From a virus: DNA of 39,875 nucleotides. The DNA lies in the UHGV virus genome UHGV-0200725; one strand, 5' to 3'. The translations under genes were made by a program, and so were the position numbers. Below, one piece after another: positions 8,771 through 17,560 of this stretch (the stretch's first letter is position 1; the number at the start of each line of letters is the position of its first letter). The notes under the pieces are model-generated. The model ran no database searches. It was not told the origin of the DNA and saw only the letters and a list, made by a program, of their open reading frames with translations.

Positions 8771-8848
8771 AAGGGTAGTCCTGGTATTGTTCCATCACAT
8801 CCTGAGGATGCTCTTCGAACTCTTCAAATTCTTCTTCCATATATCACC

Positions 8849-9148
8849 TCAAATAAGTGGTTTGCTGCCTAATTTCATTTTCTGGCGACCAACACAAGTC
8901 ACACCCATTTCACTGCGTGGCTTGCGGTAGTAAATACGATTCTGTTTACTCTCGACTTCTTCTGCCTTCTTGCAGCGAAGGCTTCCGAGTGATGCTGCTT
9001 TATCTGCTCTGACGCAACCAGAGAGCTTTAGCGCAATTTTTCGCGCCAGTCGCTGTTCTTGCATTGCCTGCTCACGTTGAGCCTGTCTGCGTGCTCTGCG
9101 GCGATTTCTGGCGTTATCGTCAGCCAGATATGTAATGACGACTGTCAT
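8849..9148 (-). CDS. N: N-type transcription antiterminator
   Basis: 99-aa ORF with N-terminal arginine-rich motif (NARNRRRARRQAQ) and C-terminal YYRKPRSEMGVTCVGRQKMKLGSKPLI resembling lambda N C-terminus; preceded by GGAGGT. Confidence 0.8.
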   Translation of the reverse strand: MTVVITYLADDNARNRRRARRQAQREQAMQEQRLARKIALKLSGCVRADKAASLGSLRCKKAEEVESKQNRIYYRKPRSEMGVTCVGRQKMKLGSKPLI

Positions 9149-9462
9149 GTTGACCTCCGATGAAACAACTTTGGAATTTTTTTTATTACAAAGTGGTTTC
9201 CTTCCCCGCCAATTAGACGGGGATGGAAGAGCATTTATGAGCCTTCATGGACTCTGCTCGATCAGTTCTATTTAATTAATCTCTCAACTGAATGTAAGTA
9301 TTCACATAAATCCTCCTACCTCTTGTGCAGCTTTCTTGAATATGGTGGCGGCTGCATAACGCCTATGGAATTGACTTTGGCGGTGACGCGCCGGGTGCTT
9401 ATCTTCCGGTTGCCGTCGTGCAGCTGCACTTCACGTCACCCCAAAGCCAACTACTCTTTGGT

Positions 9463-9504
9463 TCCCGCATTTCGGCGGGACAATCCCATCAATGTTAAAG
9501 AGCC
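9463..9504 (-). promoter_or_regulatory. nutL (boxA and boxB)
   Basis: Minus strand: boxA GGCTCTTTAACAT (9504-9492), then boxB hairpin TCCCGC-CGAAAT-GCGGGA (9480-9463), identical to the boxB downstream of cro. Confidence 0.6.
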
Positions 9505-9548
9505 TGCCAATCTGTTCCGTTTGGCTTCCAGCGTCCTGCTGATGGCTT

Positions 9549-9640
9549 AAATTTAAGATCTCTTTAATTAATGGTCAAGAGTATTTTTGAAGAAAACTTA
9601 AATTTTCTTTCGTAACTTAAGTTTGGCTTTGATTTTTAAA
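9549..9640 (-). promoter_or_regulatory. pL promoter with OL operators
   Basis: Minus strand -35 TTGACC (9577-9572), 17-nt spacer, -10 TAAATT (9554-9549); overlapping operator-like palindromes ATTTAAGATCTCTTTAAT (9551-9568) and TTGAAGAAAACTTAAAT (9587-9603). Confidence 0.55.
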
Positions 9641-9644
9641 GGAA

Positions 9645-9669
9645 ATAAAAAAAAGGGGCGAATGCCCCC
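9645..9669 (-). terminator. Rho-independent terminator immediately after c2
   Basis: Minus strand reads GGGGGCATTCGCCCC followed by a 9-T run; starts right after the c2 stop at 9670-9672. Confidence 0.65.
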
Positions 9670-10320
9670 TTATGGAAGGTTTGCTAGTTTTGCATCGACA
9701 ACTACGCCGATGATTTTGCAGTTTCCGTTGATCTCGATCATCGGATATTGTGGGTTAAGTGGTTTTAGAAACTTCCTGCCTGCATCAATAACTAACTTCT
9801 TGAAAGTTGCCTCGTTTTCTCCTTCGAGCTTTGCAACTACCAGTTTCCCGTTACGCGGCTCTACTTCAGGATCGACGAGTATTATCATTCCTTCAGGGAT
9901 ACTGAGACCGGCCGGAGCCGTCATTGAGTCTCCCTTCACGTCCAACCAAAACGAATCTTCTGAACAGTCTACGGTTGTATCGTACCAGTTATCTATTGCA
10001 CGCTTATGATATGGTTCTACAGCTTCCATCCAGCATCCTGCGCTCACCCAGCTAATCAGAGGGAATGACCCTCTTGGATCATGCCTACTGTGATAGGCAA
10101 TGTTTGAAAGACTTTCCTCTCCTTTCATCAGATAGTCAGGGGAACACTTCAACGCATTAGCCAGGGCGAGAAGATTCTCTCCATTTGGCTCTGTCTCAGA
10201 GCGTTCCCACTGAGATATGGCAACATTAGACACGCCGACCATCTTTCCAAGTGCGGCCTGCCTGATCTTGAGTTCTTTTCTCCGAGCGCGAATGCGCTCT
10301 CCCATCAATTGAGTTTTCAT
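9670..10320 (-). CDS. c2: CI-type repressor (P22 C2-like), HTH plus S24 LexA-like autocleavage domain
   Basis: 216-aa ORF; N-terminal HTH (QAALGKMVGVSNVAISQWERSE), C-terminal Ser/Lys autoprotease region (GDSMTAPAGLSIPEGMIILVD...KLVVAKL); matches P22 C2 as recalled. Confidence 0.9.
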   Translation of the reverse strand: MKTQLMGERIRARRKELKIRQAALGKMVGVSNVAISQWERSETEPNGENLLALANALKCSPDYLMKGEESLSNIAYHSRHDPRGSFPLISWVSAGCWMEAVEPYHKRAIDNWYDTTVDCSEDSFWLDVKGDSMTAPAGLSIPEGMIILVDPEVEPRNGKLVVAKLEGENEATFKKLVIDAGRKFLKPLNPQYPMIEINGNCKIIGVVVDAKLANLP

Positions 10321-10400
10321 AGTTAAGACATCTTAAATAAACTTGACTTAAGATTCCTTTAGTGGATAATTTAAGTGTTCTTTAATTTCGGAGCGAGTCT
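10321..10400. promoter_or_regulatory. OR operator region with divergent pRM/pR
   Basis: Three operator-like sites (AGTTAAGACATCTTAAAT, ACTTAAGATTCCTTTAGT, ATTTAAGTGTTCTTTAAT) between c2 and cro starts; pR -35 TTGACT at 10344-10349. Confidence 0.7.
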
Positions 10401-10586
10401 ATGTACAAGAAAGATGTTATCGACCACTTCGGAACCCAGCGTGCTGTAGCTAAAGCGTTAGGCATTAGCGACGCAGCAGTCTCTCAGTGGAAGGAAGTCA
10501 TCCCAGAGAAAGACGCCTATCGACTGGAAGTCGTTACAGCTGGCGCCCTGAAGTATCAAGAAAGCGCTTACCGCAAAGCGGCATAA
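10401..10586 (+). CDS. cro: Cro-type repressor
   Basis: 61-aa HTH protein (GTQRAVAKALGISDAAVSQW) transcribed divergently from c2 across the operator region. Confidence 0.85.
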   Translation: MYKKDVIDHFGTQRAVAKALGISDAAVSQWKEVIPEKDAYRLEVVTAGALKYQESAYRKAA

Positions 10587-10592
10587 GCAAAT

Positions 10593-10637
10593 TGCTCTTT
10601 AACAGTCATGGTCCTCATTCCCGCCGAAATGCGGGAA
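10593..10637 (+). promoter_or_regulatory. nutR (boxA and boxB)
   Basis: boxA TGCTCTTTAACAG (10593-10605), boxB hairpin TTCCCGC-CGAAAT-GCGGGAA (10618-10637). Confidence 0.6.
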
Positions 10638-10694
10638 TACAACGCGCATAAGTTGATGCGCATAACTTCTTATTTGTTAAGGAAATACTTACAT

Positions 10695-10988
10695 ATGGTT
10701 CGTGCAAACAAACGCAACGAGGCTCTACGAATCGAGAGTGCGTTGCTTAACAAAATCGCAATGCTTGGAACTGAGAAGACAGCGGAAGCTGTGGGAGTTG
10801 ATAAGTCGCAGATCAGCAGGTGGAAGAGGGACTGGATTCCAAAGTTCTCAATGCTGCTTGCTGTTCTTGAATGGGGCGTCGTTGACGACGACATGGCTCG
10901 ATTGGCACGACAAGTTGCTTCGATTCTCACCAATAAAAAACGCCCGGCGGCAACCGAGCGTTCTGATCAAATACAAATGGAATTTTAA
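10695..10988 (+). CDS. c1: CII-type transcriptional activator (P22 C1-like)
   Basis: ATG at 10695 preceded by AAGGA; translation MVRANKRNEALRIESALLNKIAMLGTEKTAEAVGVDKSQISRWKRDW...; the track ORF from 10608 is an upstream over-extension. Confidence 0.8.
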   Translation: MVRANKRNEALRIESALLNKIAMLGTEKTAEAVGVDKSQISRWKRDWIPKFSMLLAVLEWGVVDDDMARLARQVASILTNKKRPAATERSDQIQMEF

Positions 10989-11010
10989 CAACATCCAACG
11001 AGGTAATTAT

Positions 11011-11283
11011 ATGCGAAACAAAGGCTTTAATCCACCTGATACACACAAAGAAGCTAAGCGTTTGCGCTTCCTTCGTTCCATTGATGAAAGAACTCAAATC
11101 TCTTTTGTGAAAGTTGCCAGAACTGAGCTTCTGAAGGCTGAGGCGAGGGCGTTGCTCCCGTCTCTACCAAAAGAGGAGGGATATACGTTCATTCCAAACG
11201 CATTTCTGGAAAAGCTGCTCAAAGAAGACATATCCGTAAGTCAGTTTAACGATGTTCTTAAGGTCTTTCGTCAAGGCAGGTAG
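11011..11283 (+). CDS. Hypothetical protein (90 aa) between c1 and the replication genes
   Basis: ATG 11011 preceded by AGGT; translation starts MRNKGFNPPDTHKEAKRLRF; the 193-aa track ORF is an over-extension. Confidence 0.6.
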   Translation: MRNKGFNPPDTHKEAKRLRFLRSIDERTQISFVKVARTELLKAEARALLPSLPKEEGYTFIPNAFLEKLLKEDISVSQFNDVLKVFRQGR

Positions 11284-11285
11284 TT

Positions 11286-12233
11286 ATGAGCAATACAGCA
11301 AAAATCTACGATTTCAGCGCCGCACACGAGCGCAGGAGCAACAGGATGGAGAACCAGAAAACTGGTTACATTCCGTTGTACCGGAGCATTCTGAAACAGT
11401 CATGGGCGAAAGATGTTTATCTTCGCACCCTGTGGGAAAACCTTCTCCTGAATGCCGCCAGAAAGCCATACAAAGCGAATTTCAAAGGTCATGAATGGCA
11501 TCTGCAACCCGGTCAACTGGTTGTGACAGCAGCTGATTTAGGTCTTCAGTTATGCGACAGGCATGGCAAGCCGGCAAGCCGTGATCAGGTTGAGCGGATG
11601 CTTCAGGTTTTTGTGAAAGAGGGGATGATCTCCATTGATGGAGAGAAGCAAAAAGGTCGTGTGATCACCATCACAAATTACCATGAATACGCTCAAAAAA
11701 TGGACAATTCACCCGCACATGATGCCGCACAAACAACCGCACATGATGCCGCACATGACGAAGACAGTAATGGCGCGGCTTTCAGCGCACATGCCGCACA
11801 TGAAAGCGCACATGATGCCGCACAAAAAACCGCACATCATGAACAAGAAGGTATTAACAAGAATATAAATAATACCCCCCTACCCCCCAATGGGGGAGGC
11901 GATGGGCAGGTTAAACCTGAACGTCGCAAGGCAGAACGAATCGACTACGAATCCTTCCTGAACGCCTACAACACCGAAGTCGGTGACAGACTGCCACACG
12001 CTGTTGCAGTCAACGAGAAACGCAAACGCCGCCTGAAGAAAATCATCCCGCAACTGAAAACGCCAAACGTGGACGGTTTCAGAGCGTATGTCAGGGCGTT
12101 TGTACATCAGGCCAAGCCGTTTTACTTCGGAGACAACGACACGGGATGGACGGCAGATTTTGATTACCTGCTGAGGGAAGATTCGTTAACGGGAGTTCGG
12201 GAAGGGAAGTTTGCAGACAGGGGGATTGCATGA
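11286..12233 (+). CDS. O-like replication initiator (P22 gene 18 equivalent)
   Basis: 315-aa ORF upstream of the helicase gene; contains the iteron cluster (encoding His/Ala-rich repeats) in its middle, as in lambda O. Confidence 0.8.
   Translation: MSNTAKIYDFSAAHERRSNRMENQKTGYIPLYRSILKQSWAKDVYLRTLWENLLLNAARKPYKANFKGHEWHLQPGQLVVTAADLGLQLCDRHGKPASRDQVERMLQVFVKEGMISIDGEKQKGRVITITNYHEYAQKMDNSPAHDAAQTTAHDAAHDEDSNGAAFSAHAAHESAHDAAQKTAHHEQEGINKNINNTPLPPNGGGDGQVKPERRKAERIDYESFLNAYNTEVGDRLPHAVAVNEKRKRRLKKIIPQLKTPNVDGFRAYVRAFVHQAKPFYFGDNDTGWTADFDYLLREDSLTGVREGKFADRGIA
11711..11875. repeat. Replication origin: iterons plus AT-rich segment inside the O-like gene
   Basis: At least four direct copies of roughly CCGCACATGATGCCGCACA between 11711 and 11842, followed by AT-rich AACAAGAATATAAATAATA. 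Confidence 0.6.
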
Positions 12234-13606
12234 GACAGGATATCGAAGCGAGCGTTATCGGTGGCCTGCTGATTGGTGGATTAACTCCAACCGCCAGCGA
12301 CGTTCTGGCAACACTGGAGCCGGAAGCGTTTTCAATTCCGCTCTACCGGAAAGCCTTCGAGGTTATCCGCAAGCAGGCGAGAAACAGAAACCTAATCGAC
12401 GCGCTGATGGTTGCCGAGGCGTGCGGAGAGGAGCATTTCACGTCAATCCTGATGACCAGCAAAAACTGCCCGAGTGCCGCAAACCTGAAAGGATATGCCG
12501 GAATGGTCGCGGATAACTATCACCGCCGTCTGGTGCTGGAAATCATGGATGAAATGCGTGAACCAATTCAGAGCGGGACAATCGACGCATCGAGTCAGGC
12601 GATGGATGAGCTTGTAAAGCGTCTTTCAGCCATCAGAAAGCCCCGTGACGAAGTAAAACCTGTACGGTTAGGGGAAATCATTACTGACTACACTGACACG
12701 CTTGACAGGCGTCTGAGGAACGGAGAAGAGTCAGATACCCTGAAGACCGGAATCGAAGAACTTGATGCCATCACCGGAGGGATGAACGCGGAAGACCTGG
12801 TGATAATCGCTGCTCGTCCTGGTATGGGGAAAACCGAACTGGCGCTGAAGATTGCCGAAGGCGTTGCAAGCCGCGTTATTCCTGGTTCTGACGTCCGGCG
12901 CGGAGTGTTGATTTTCTCGATGGAAATGAGCGCATTGCAGATTGCAGAGCGAAGCATTGCCAACGCCGGGAGGATGTCGGTTAGCGTACTGCGAAATCCT
13001 GCATCGATGGATGACGAAGGCTGGGCGCGTGTTGCTAACGGCATGAGTCAGCTTGCAGATTTGGATGTATGGGTAGTCGATGCCTCGCGGTTATCGGTCG
13101 AAGAAATTCGCTCAATCGCAGAACGGCACAAACAGGAAAATCCAAACCTGTCACTCATCATGGCGGATTATCTTGGCCTGATTGAGAAGCCGAAAGCAGA
13201 TCGCAACGACCTCGCAATTGCTCACATCTCCGGAAGCCTGAAGGCGATGGCGAAAGACCTGAAAACGCCTGTTATCTCCCTGAGTCAGCTTTCGCGCGAT
13301 GTTGAGAAGCGACCAAACAAACGCCCGACAAACGCAGATTTGCGTGATTCAGGAAGCATTGAACAGGACGCAGACTCAATCATCATGCTCTATCGGGAAG
13401 CGGTATATGACGAGAACAGTAGCGCCGCACCATTTGCTGAAATCATCGTGACGAAAAACCGTTTTGGCTCACTTGGTACGGTTTACCAGCGGTTCTGTAA
13501 CGGACACTTTGTTGCATGTGACCAGGATGAAGCCAGACAGATTTGCACAGCATCAAATGCACCTGCTGCGCGTGGCAGACGATATGCACAAGGGGCGGAC
13601 GTATGA
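12230..13606 (+). CDS. DnaB-like replicative helicase (P22 gene 12 equivalent)
   Basis: 458-aa ORF with Walker A (GMGKT) and DnaB-type C-terminal motifs; 4-nt overlap with the O-like gene. Confidence 0.9.
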   Translation: MRQDIEASVIGGLLIGGLTPTASDVLATLEPEAFSIPLYRKAFEVIRKQARNRNLIDALMVAEACGEEHFTSILMTSKNCPSAANLKGYAGMVADNYHRRLVLEIMDEMREPIQSGTIDASSQAMDELVKRLSAIRKPRDEVKPVRLGEIITDYTDTLDRRLRNGEESDTLKTGIEELDAITGGMNAEDLVIIAARPGMGKTELALKIAEGVASRVIPGSDVRRGVLIFSMEMSALQIAERSIANAGRMSVSVLRNPASMDDEGWARVANGMSQLADLDVWVVDASRLSVEEIRSIAERHKQENPNLSLIMADYLGLIEKPKADRNDLAIAHISGSLKAMAKDLKTPVISLSQLSRDVEKRPNKRPTNADLRDSGSIEQDADSIIMLYREAVYDENSSAAPFAEIIVTKNRFGSLGTVYQRFCNGHFVACDQDEARQICTASNAPAARGRRYAQGADV

Positions 13607-13631
13607 CCATCTACATCACTGAGCTAATAAC

Positions 13632-13664
13632 AGGCCTGCTGGTAATCGCAGGCCTTTTTATTTG
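13632..13664 (+). terminator. Rho-independent terminator after the helicase gene
   Basis: AGGCCTGC-TGGTAATC-GCAGGCCT followed by TTTTTATTTG. Confidence 0.6.
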
Positions 13665-13678
13665 GGGGAGAGGGAAGT

Positions 13679-14005
13679 GTGGCTGACTGGCAAATTCCAA
13701 TCATCATTCTTTCCGGAGCTTCGCTGGTTGCTGGCTTTATCCTGCTGAAAAAGCATAAAGACCGTGATCAAAAAGTCGAAGTTCTCTATGGGTATCCAGC
13801 GAACAGCACAACATGGCTGACCATTTACCACTACCGAAAATCAGGCCGCTGGGTATTCGAATGGGATGATCTGTTCGCTGAAAAGCGACCAAAGTCATGG
13901 GGAGACATCAGCGAATGCATGATGTTTGAAGAAAGAAAATCCGGCGCAACCCGAGAAGAGTTTAACGAAGCGTGGGCGCGATTAAGTGAGAGAGGGTATT
14001 TGTGA
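13679..14005 (+). CDS. Hypothetical membrane-anchored protein (108 aa, GTG start)
   Basis: GTG start after GGGAGAGGG; N-terminal hydrophobic helix (IPIIILSGASLVAGFILL) then soluble domain. Confidence 0.55.
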   Translation: MADWQIPIIILSGASLVAGFILLKKHKDRDQKVEVLYGYPANSTTWLTIYHYRKSGRWVFEWDDLFAEKRPKSWGDISECMMFEERKSGATREEFNEAWARLSERGYL

Positions 14006-14199
14006 GCAAGTACGAAAAATTAGATCAAAACATTCTTTCAATGCTGAGTGAAAGACCAACACCTGTTTTTGATATCTGGCTTAAATGGCGGAGCAATGGA
14101 ATGTATATCGAAACCATCGATCGCCGTATGCAATACCTGAGAAAGAAAGGGCTTGTTGCAAATGTGCGTGGGAAGGGTTGGGTGAAAATTAACCTGTAA
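14002..14199 (+). CDS. Hypothetical small protein (65 aa)
   Basis: ORF with 4-nt overlap to upstream gene. Confidence 0.55.
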   Translation: MSKYEKLDQNILSMLSERPTPVFDIWLKWRSNGMYIETIDRRMQYLRKKGLVANVRGKGWVKINL

Positions 14200-14213
14200 T
14201 AACGGGGATTGAT

Positions 14214-14570
14214 ATGGACGAATCAAGAAAGCAGTTTGAGGAATACGTTGCCAAAAAATTGAGATTACCATTCGAGATGATAACCGAGGCAAGAAATGGT
14301 GATAGGTACTTTGCATTTTCAAGCATGGATATTCGTCACTCCTTAAATGAGTGGTGGGCTTTATGGCAGGCATCGCGAGCAGCTATTGAACTGGATATCG
14401 ACTGGCCAGAATCGAATGACGACTTTTGGAAAGATGGTGAAGAAGGTGCTTATGCGATGGGTTATGAGGATGGGAGAGACAAAACGGTAATTGCAGTAAT
14501 GAAAGCTATCAGAGCCGCTGGAATTAAAGAGAAGAATTTCGATGAAGCAAACAATCTTCCTCCGAACTAA
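14214..14570 (+). CDS. Hypothetical protein (118 aa)
   Basis: ORF preceded by GGGGA; C-terminus VIAVMKAIRAAGI shares a motif with the Ea22-like protein. Confidence 0.6.
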   Translation: MDESRKQFEEYVAKKLRLPFEMITEARNGDRYFAFSSMDIRHSLNEWWALWQASRAAIELDIDWPESNDDFWKDGEEGAYAMGYEDGRDKTVIAVMKAIRAAGIKEKNFDEANNLPPN

Positions 14571-14952
14571 GCAACAACAGCAAGCTGCAATAAATGCCAT
14601 CCTCGCAACACCACTCGATAAAGACAAGCCAGTCACCATCCGCATTACTGACTACAAGCGCAACCTTGACCAGAACGCAAAATTTCACGCGATGGTCGCA
14701 GATATCGCTAGGCAAGTTCAGTGGCGCGATAAATGGTTAAAACCAGAACAATGGAAGGTTTTGTTGATCAGCGGTCATGCAGTGGCAACAAAGCAGGAAG
14801 CTGATGTTTTGCCCGGCCTTGAAGGTGAATACGTCAACATTCGCGAAAGCAGCGCGCAGATGAGCGTGAAGCGCATGGCAAGTCTGATCGAGTACACAAC
14901 AGCCTGGGCTATTGGTCAGGGTGTCAGATTTACCGACAGGAGGTACGAATGA
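14542..14952 (+). CDS. ninB: NinB (Orf-family recombination mediator)
   Basis: 136-aa ORF; motifs [22 protein letters not shown] match lambda NinB as recalled. Confidence 0.8.
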   Translation: MKQTIFLRTKQQQQAAINAILATPLDKDKPVTIRITDYKRNLDQNAKFHAMVADIARQVQWRDKWLKPEQWKVLLISGHAVATKQEADVLPGLEGEYVNIRESSAQMSVKRMASLIEYTTAWAIGQGVRFTDRRYE

Positions 14953-15131
14953 GACGACAGCGACGAAGTTTCACCGACATCATCTGCGAAAACTGCAAAT
15001 ACCTTCCAACGAAACGCTCCAGAAATAAACGCAAGCCAATCCCAAAAGAATCTGACGTAAAAACCTTCAACTACACGGCTCACCTGTGGGATATCCGGTG
15101 GCTTAGAGAACGTGCGAGGAAAACAAGGTGA
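14949..15131 (+). CDS. ninE: NinE-like protein
   Basis: 60-aa basic [63 protein letters not shown] in the lambda ninE position. Confidence 0.6.
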   Translation: MRRQRRSFTDIICENCKYLPTKRSRNKRKPIPKESDVKTFNYTAHLWDIRWLRERARKTR

Positions 15132-15298
15132 TTGACCAAAATCGAAGTTACGAACAAGGAAGTGTCGAGCGAGCTTTAACGTGCGCTAACTGCGGTCAGA
15201 AGCTGCATGTGCTGGAAGTTCACGTGTGCTCCGATTGCTGCGCAGAACTGATGAGCGATCCGAATAGCTCAATGTACGAGGAAGAAGGCGATGAATGA
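15128..15298 (+). CDS. ninF: NinF-like protein (56 aa, GTG start), not in the supplied track
   Basis: GTG 15128 overlaps ninE stop; translation ...[45 protein letters not shown] matches lambda NinF as recalled; stop overlaps next ATG. Confidence 0.55.
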   Translation: MIDQNRSYEQGSVERALTCANCGQKLHVLEVHVCSDCCAELMSDPNSSMYEEEGDE

Positions 15299-16013
15299 GT
15301 TAATAAATGGCAATGCCATCAAAATGACAAGCATTGAAATCGCTGAGTTGGTGGGTAAGCGTCATGACAATGTGAAACGTACCATCGAAACGCTGGCTAA
15401 AAATGGTGTTATCCGGCTTCCTCAAATTGAGGATTGTGGAAGAATCAATGGGTTAGGCTTAAATCAAAGTTTTTGTGTGTATGTATTCGAAGGCGAACAA
15501 GGAAAGCGAGACAGTATTGTCGTTGTAGCCCAGTTGTCGCCGGAATTCACCGCTCGTCTTGTTGACCGTTGGCGAGAGCTTGAAGAAACTGCGGTTAATA
15601 TCCCCAAAACGCTACCAGAAGCGTTGCGCCTTGCTGCTGATCTTGCTGAGCAGAAAATGCAACTGGAAAACCAGCTCGCAATTGCCGCACCTAAAGTTGA
15701 GTTTGCCGATCGAGTTGGCGAAGCCAGCGGAATTTTGATTGGAAACTTTGCAAAGGTTGTCGGTATTGGTCCAAACAAACTGTTTGCGTGGATGCGCGAT
15801 CACAAAATCCTTATTGCTTCAGGTTCCCGGCGCAATGTGCCAATGCAGGAATATATGGATCGCGGCTATTTCACAGTGAAAGAAACAGCGGTCAACACAA
15901 ATCACGGAATACAGATATCGTTCACCACAAAAATCACCGGGCGTGGTCAACAGTGGCTGACCAGAAAGCTGCTCGATAACGGAATGCTGAAAGTAACAGG
16001 GGAGGCTGCTTAA
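15291..16013 (+). CDS. Phage regulatory protein, Rha-type N-terminus with KilAC-type antirepressor C-terminal domain
   Basis: 240-aa ORF; N-terminal [30 protein letters not shown] is Rha/ORF6N-like; inserted between ninF and ybcO-like. Confidence 0.7.
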   Translation: MNELINGNAIKMTSIEIAELVGKRHDNVKRTIETLAKNGVIRLPQIEDCGRINGLGLNQSFCVYVFEGEQGKRDSIVVVAQLSPEFTARLVDRWRELEETAVNIPKTLPEALRLAADLAEQKMQLENQLAIAAPKVEFADRVGEASGILIGNFAKVVGIGPNKLFAWMRDHKILIASGSRRNVPMQEYMDRGYFTVKETAVNTNHGIQISFTTKITGRGQQWLTRKLLDNGMLKVTGEAA

Positions 16014-16303
16014 TGGCTAATCTACGCAAAGAAGCGCGCGGCAGAGAATGCCAGGTACGTATTTACGGCGTATGCAATGGCAATCCTGAAACTACAGTTC
16101 TGGCACATTACCGGATGGCTGGAATTTGCGGAACGGGGATGAAGCCTGACGACCTGATCGGCGCATGGGCTTGTAGCGCGTGTCACGATGAAATCGACCG
16201 ACGCACCCATAATCTCGACAACAAAGACGCCAGACTTTACCACCTCGAAGGCGTGATCAGGACGCAGGCGATACTGCTGAAGGAGGGAAAGATTAAGCCA
16301 TGA
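16013..16303 (+). CDS. YbcO-like (DUF1364) putative nuclease
   Basis: 96-aa Cys/His-rich ORF (CQVRIYGVCNG...CSACHDEIDRR) upstream of rusA, as in lambdoid nin regions. Confidence 0.55.
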   Translation: MANLRKEARGRECQVRIYGVCNGNPETTVLAHYRMAGICGTGMKPDDLIGAWACSACHDEIDRRTHNLDNKDARLYHLEGVIRTQAILLKEGKIKP

Positions 16304-16662
16304 ACGAATATCAGTTTGTGCTTCCTTACCCGCCGTCGGTGAATACCTACTGGCGAAGACGGGGAAGCCAATACTACATCAGCGATAAAGGCCAGAAATA
16401 CCGAAAAGACGTTCAGCAAATCATCCGCCAACTTAAGTTAGACATTTTCACCAAATCACGACTCCGCATCAAAGTCATCGCAGACGTTCCAGACTCCCGC
16501 CGCCGCGACCTCGACAACATCCTGAAAGGTTTACTCGACTCCCTTATCCACGCCGGATTTGCGGAAGACGACGAGCAATTCGATGACATTCGCGTAATTC
16601 GTGGTGTGAAAGTACCAGGCGGAAGGCTTGGAATAAAAATCACCGAACTGGAGAACGTATGA
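16300..16662 (+). CDS. rusA: RusA Holliday-junction resolvase
   Basis: 120-aa ORF with RusA-type motifs (PPSVNTYWRRRG...DLDNILKGLLDSL). Confidence 0.85.
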   Translation: MNEYQFVLPYPPSVNTYWRRRGSQYYISDKGQKYRKDVQQIIRQLKLDIFTKSRLRIKVIADVPDSRRRDLDNILKGLLDSLIHAGFAEDDEQFDDIRVIRGVKVPGGRLGIKITELENV

Positions 16663-16847
16663 ACGCCACAATTCAAACGATACCAGAGCTTCTTATCCAG
16701 ACACGAGGCAATCAGACCGAAGTGGCGAGGATGCTTTCCTGCGCAAGAGGAACAGTGCTCAAGTACAACCGAGACAGCAAAGGCGAGCGTCACGTAATAG
16801 TTAACGGCGTCCTGATGGTCAAACAGGGCAAGAGGGGTAGACCATGA
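16659..16847 (+). CDS. ninH: NinH-like DNA-binding protein
   Basis: 62-aa ORF; GNQTEVARMLSCARGTVLKY matches lambda NinH HTH region as recalled. Confidence 0.7.
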   Translation: MNATIQTIPELLIQTRGNQTEVARMLSCARGTVLKYNRDSKGERHVIVNGVLMVKQGKRGRP

Positions 16848-17467
16848 GACTCGAAAGTGTAGCTAAATTTCATTCGCCAAAAAGCCCGATGATGAGCGAC
16901 TCACCACGGGCTACGGCTTCTGACTCTCTTTCCGGTACTGATGTGATGGCTGCTATGGGGATGGCGCAATCACAAGCCGGATTCGGAATGGCTGCATTCT
17001 GCGGTAAGCATGAACTCAGCCAGAACGACAAACAAAAGGCTATCAACTATCTGATGCAATTTGCACACAAGGTATCGGGGAAATACCGTGGTGTGGCAAA
17101 GCTCGAAGGAAATACTAAGGCAAAGGTACTGCAAGTGCTCGCAACATTCGCTTATGCGGATTATTGCCGTAGTGCCGCGACGCCGGGCGCAAGATGCAGA
17201 GATTGCCACGGTACAGGCCGTGCGGTTGATATAGCCAAAACAGAACTGTGGGGGAGAGTTGTTGAGAAAGAATGCGGAAGATGCAAAGGTGTCGGCTATT
17301 CAAGAATGCCAGCAAGCGCCGCATATCGCGCTGTAACGATGCTAATCCCAAACCTTACCCAACCCACCTGGTCACGCACTGTTAAGCCGCTGTATGACGC
17401 TCTGGTGGTGCAATGCCACAAGGAAGAGTCAATCGCAGACAACATTTTGAATGCGGTCACACGTTAG
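16844..17467 (+). CDS. Q: Late-gene antiterminator Q (lambda-type)
   Basis: 207-aa ORF with zinc-binding Cys cluster (CRDCHGTGR...CGRCKGVGY); followed by a pR'/qut/tR' region that I recall as lambda-like. Confidence 0.9.
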   Translation: MRLESVAKFHSPKSPMMSDSPRATASDSLSGTDVMAAMGMAQSQAGFGMAAFCGKHELSQNDKQKAINYLMQFAHKVSGKYRGVAKLEGNTKAKVLQVLATFAYADYCRSAATPGARCRDCHGTGRAVDIAKTELWGRVVEKECGRCKGVGYSRMPASAAYRAVTMLIPNLTQPTWSRTVKPLYDALVVQCHKEESIADNILNAVTR

Positions 17468-17509
17468 CAGCATAATTGCCACGGATGGCAACATATTAAC
17501 GGCATGATA

Positions 17510-17560
17510 TTGACTTTTTGAATAAAGTTGGGTAAATTTGACCCAACGATGGGGTAATTC
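17510..17560 (+). promoter_or_regulatory. Late promoter pR' with qut site
   Basis: -35 TTGACT (17510-17515), 17-nt spacer, -10 TAAATT (17533-17538). Confidence 0.7.

Noticed and set aside
9323-9550. Plus-strand 75-aa ORF inside the pL leader
   Set aside because: Antisense to the leftward early transcript, no RBS, Cys/Arg-rich composition; the region is better explained as nutL plus structured leader.
10608-11283. Over-extended track ORFs (126 aa and 193 aa) spanning the nutR/c1 region
   Set aside because: The real genes start at internal ATGs with RBSs (10695 for c1, 11011 for the 90-aa gene); upstream portions cross nutR or overlap c1 out of frame.
13603-13686. 27-codon hydrophobic ORF overlapping the helicase stop
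   Set aside because: Its coding sequence is exactly the terminator hairpin plus T-run; hydrophobicity is probably a by-product of GC-rich stem and U-tract. Kept only as a low-probability note.
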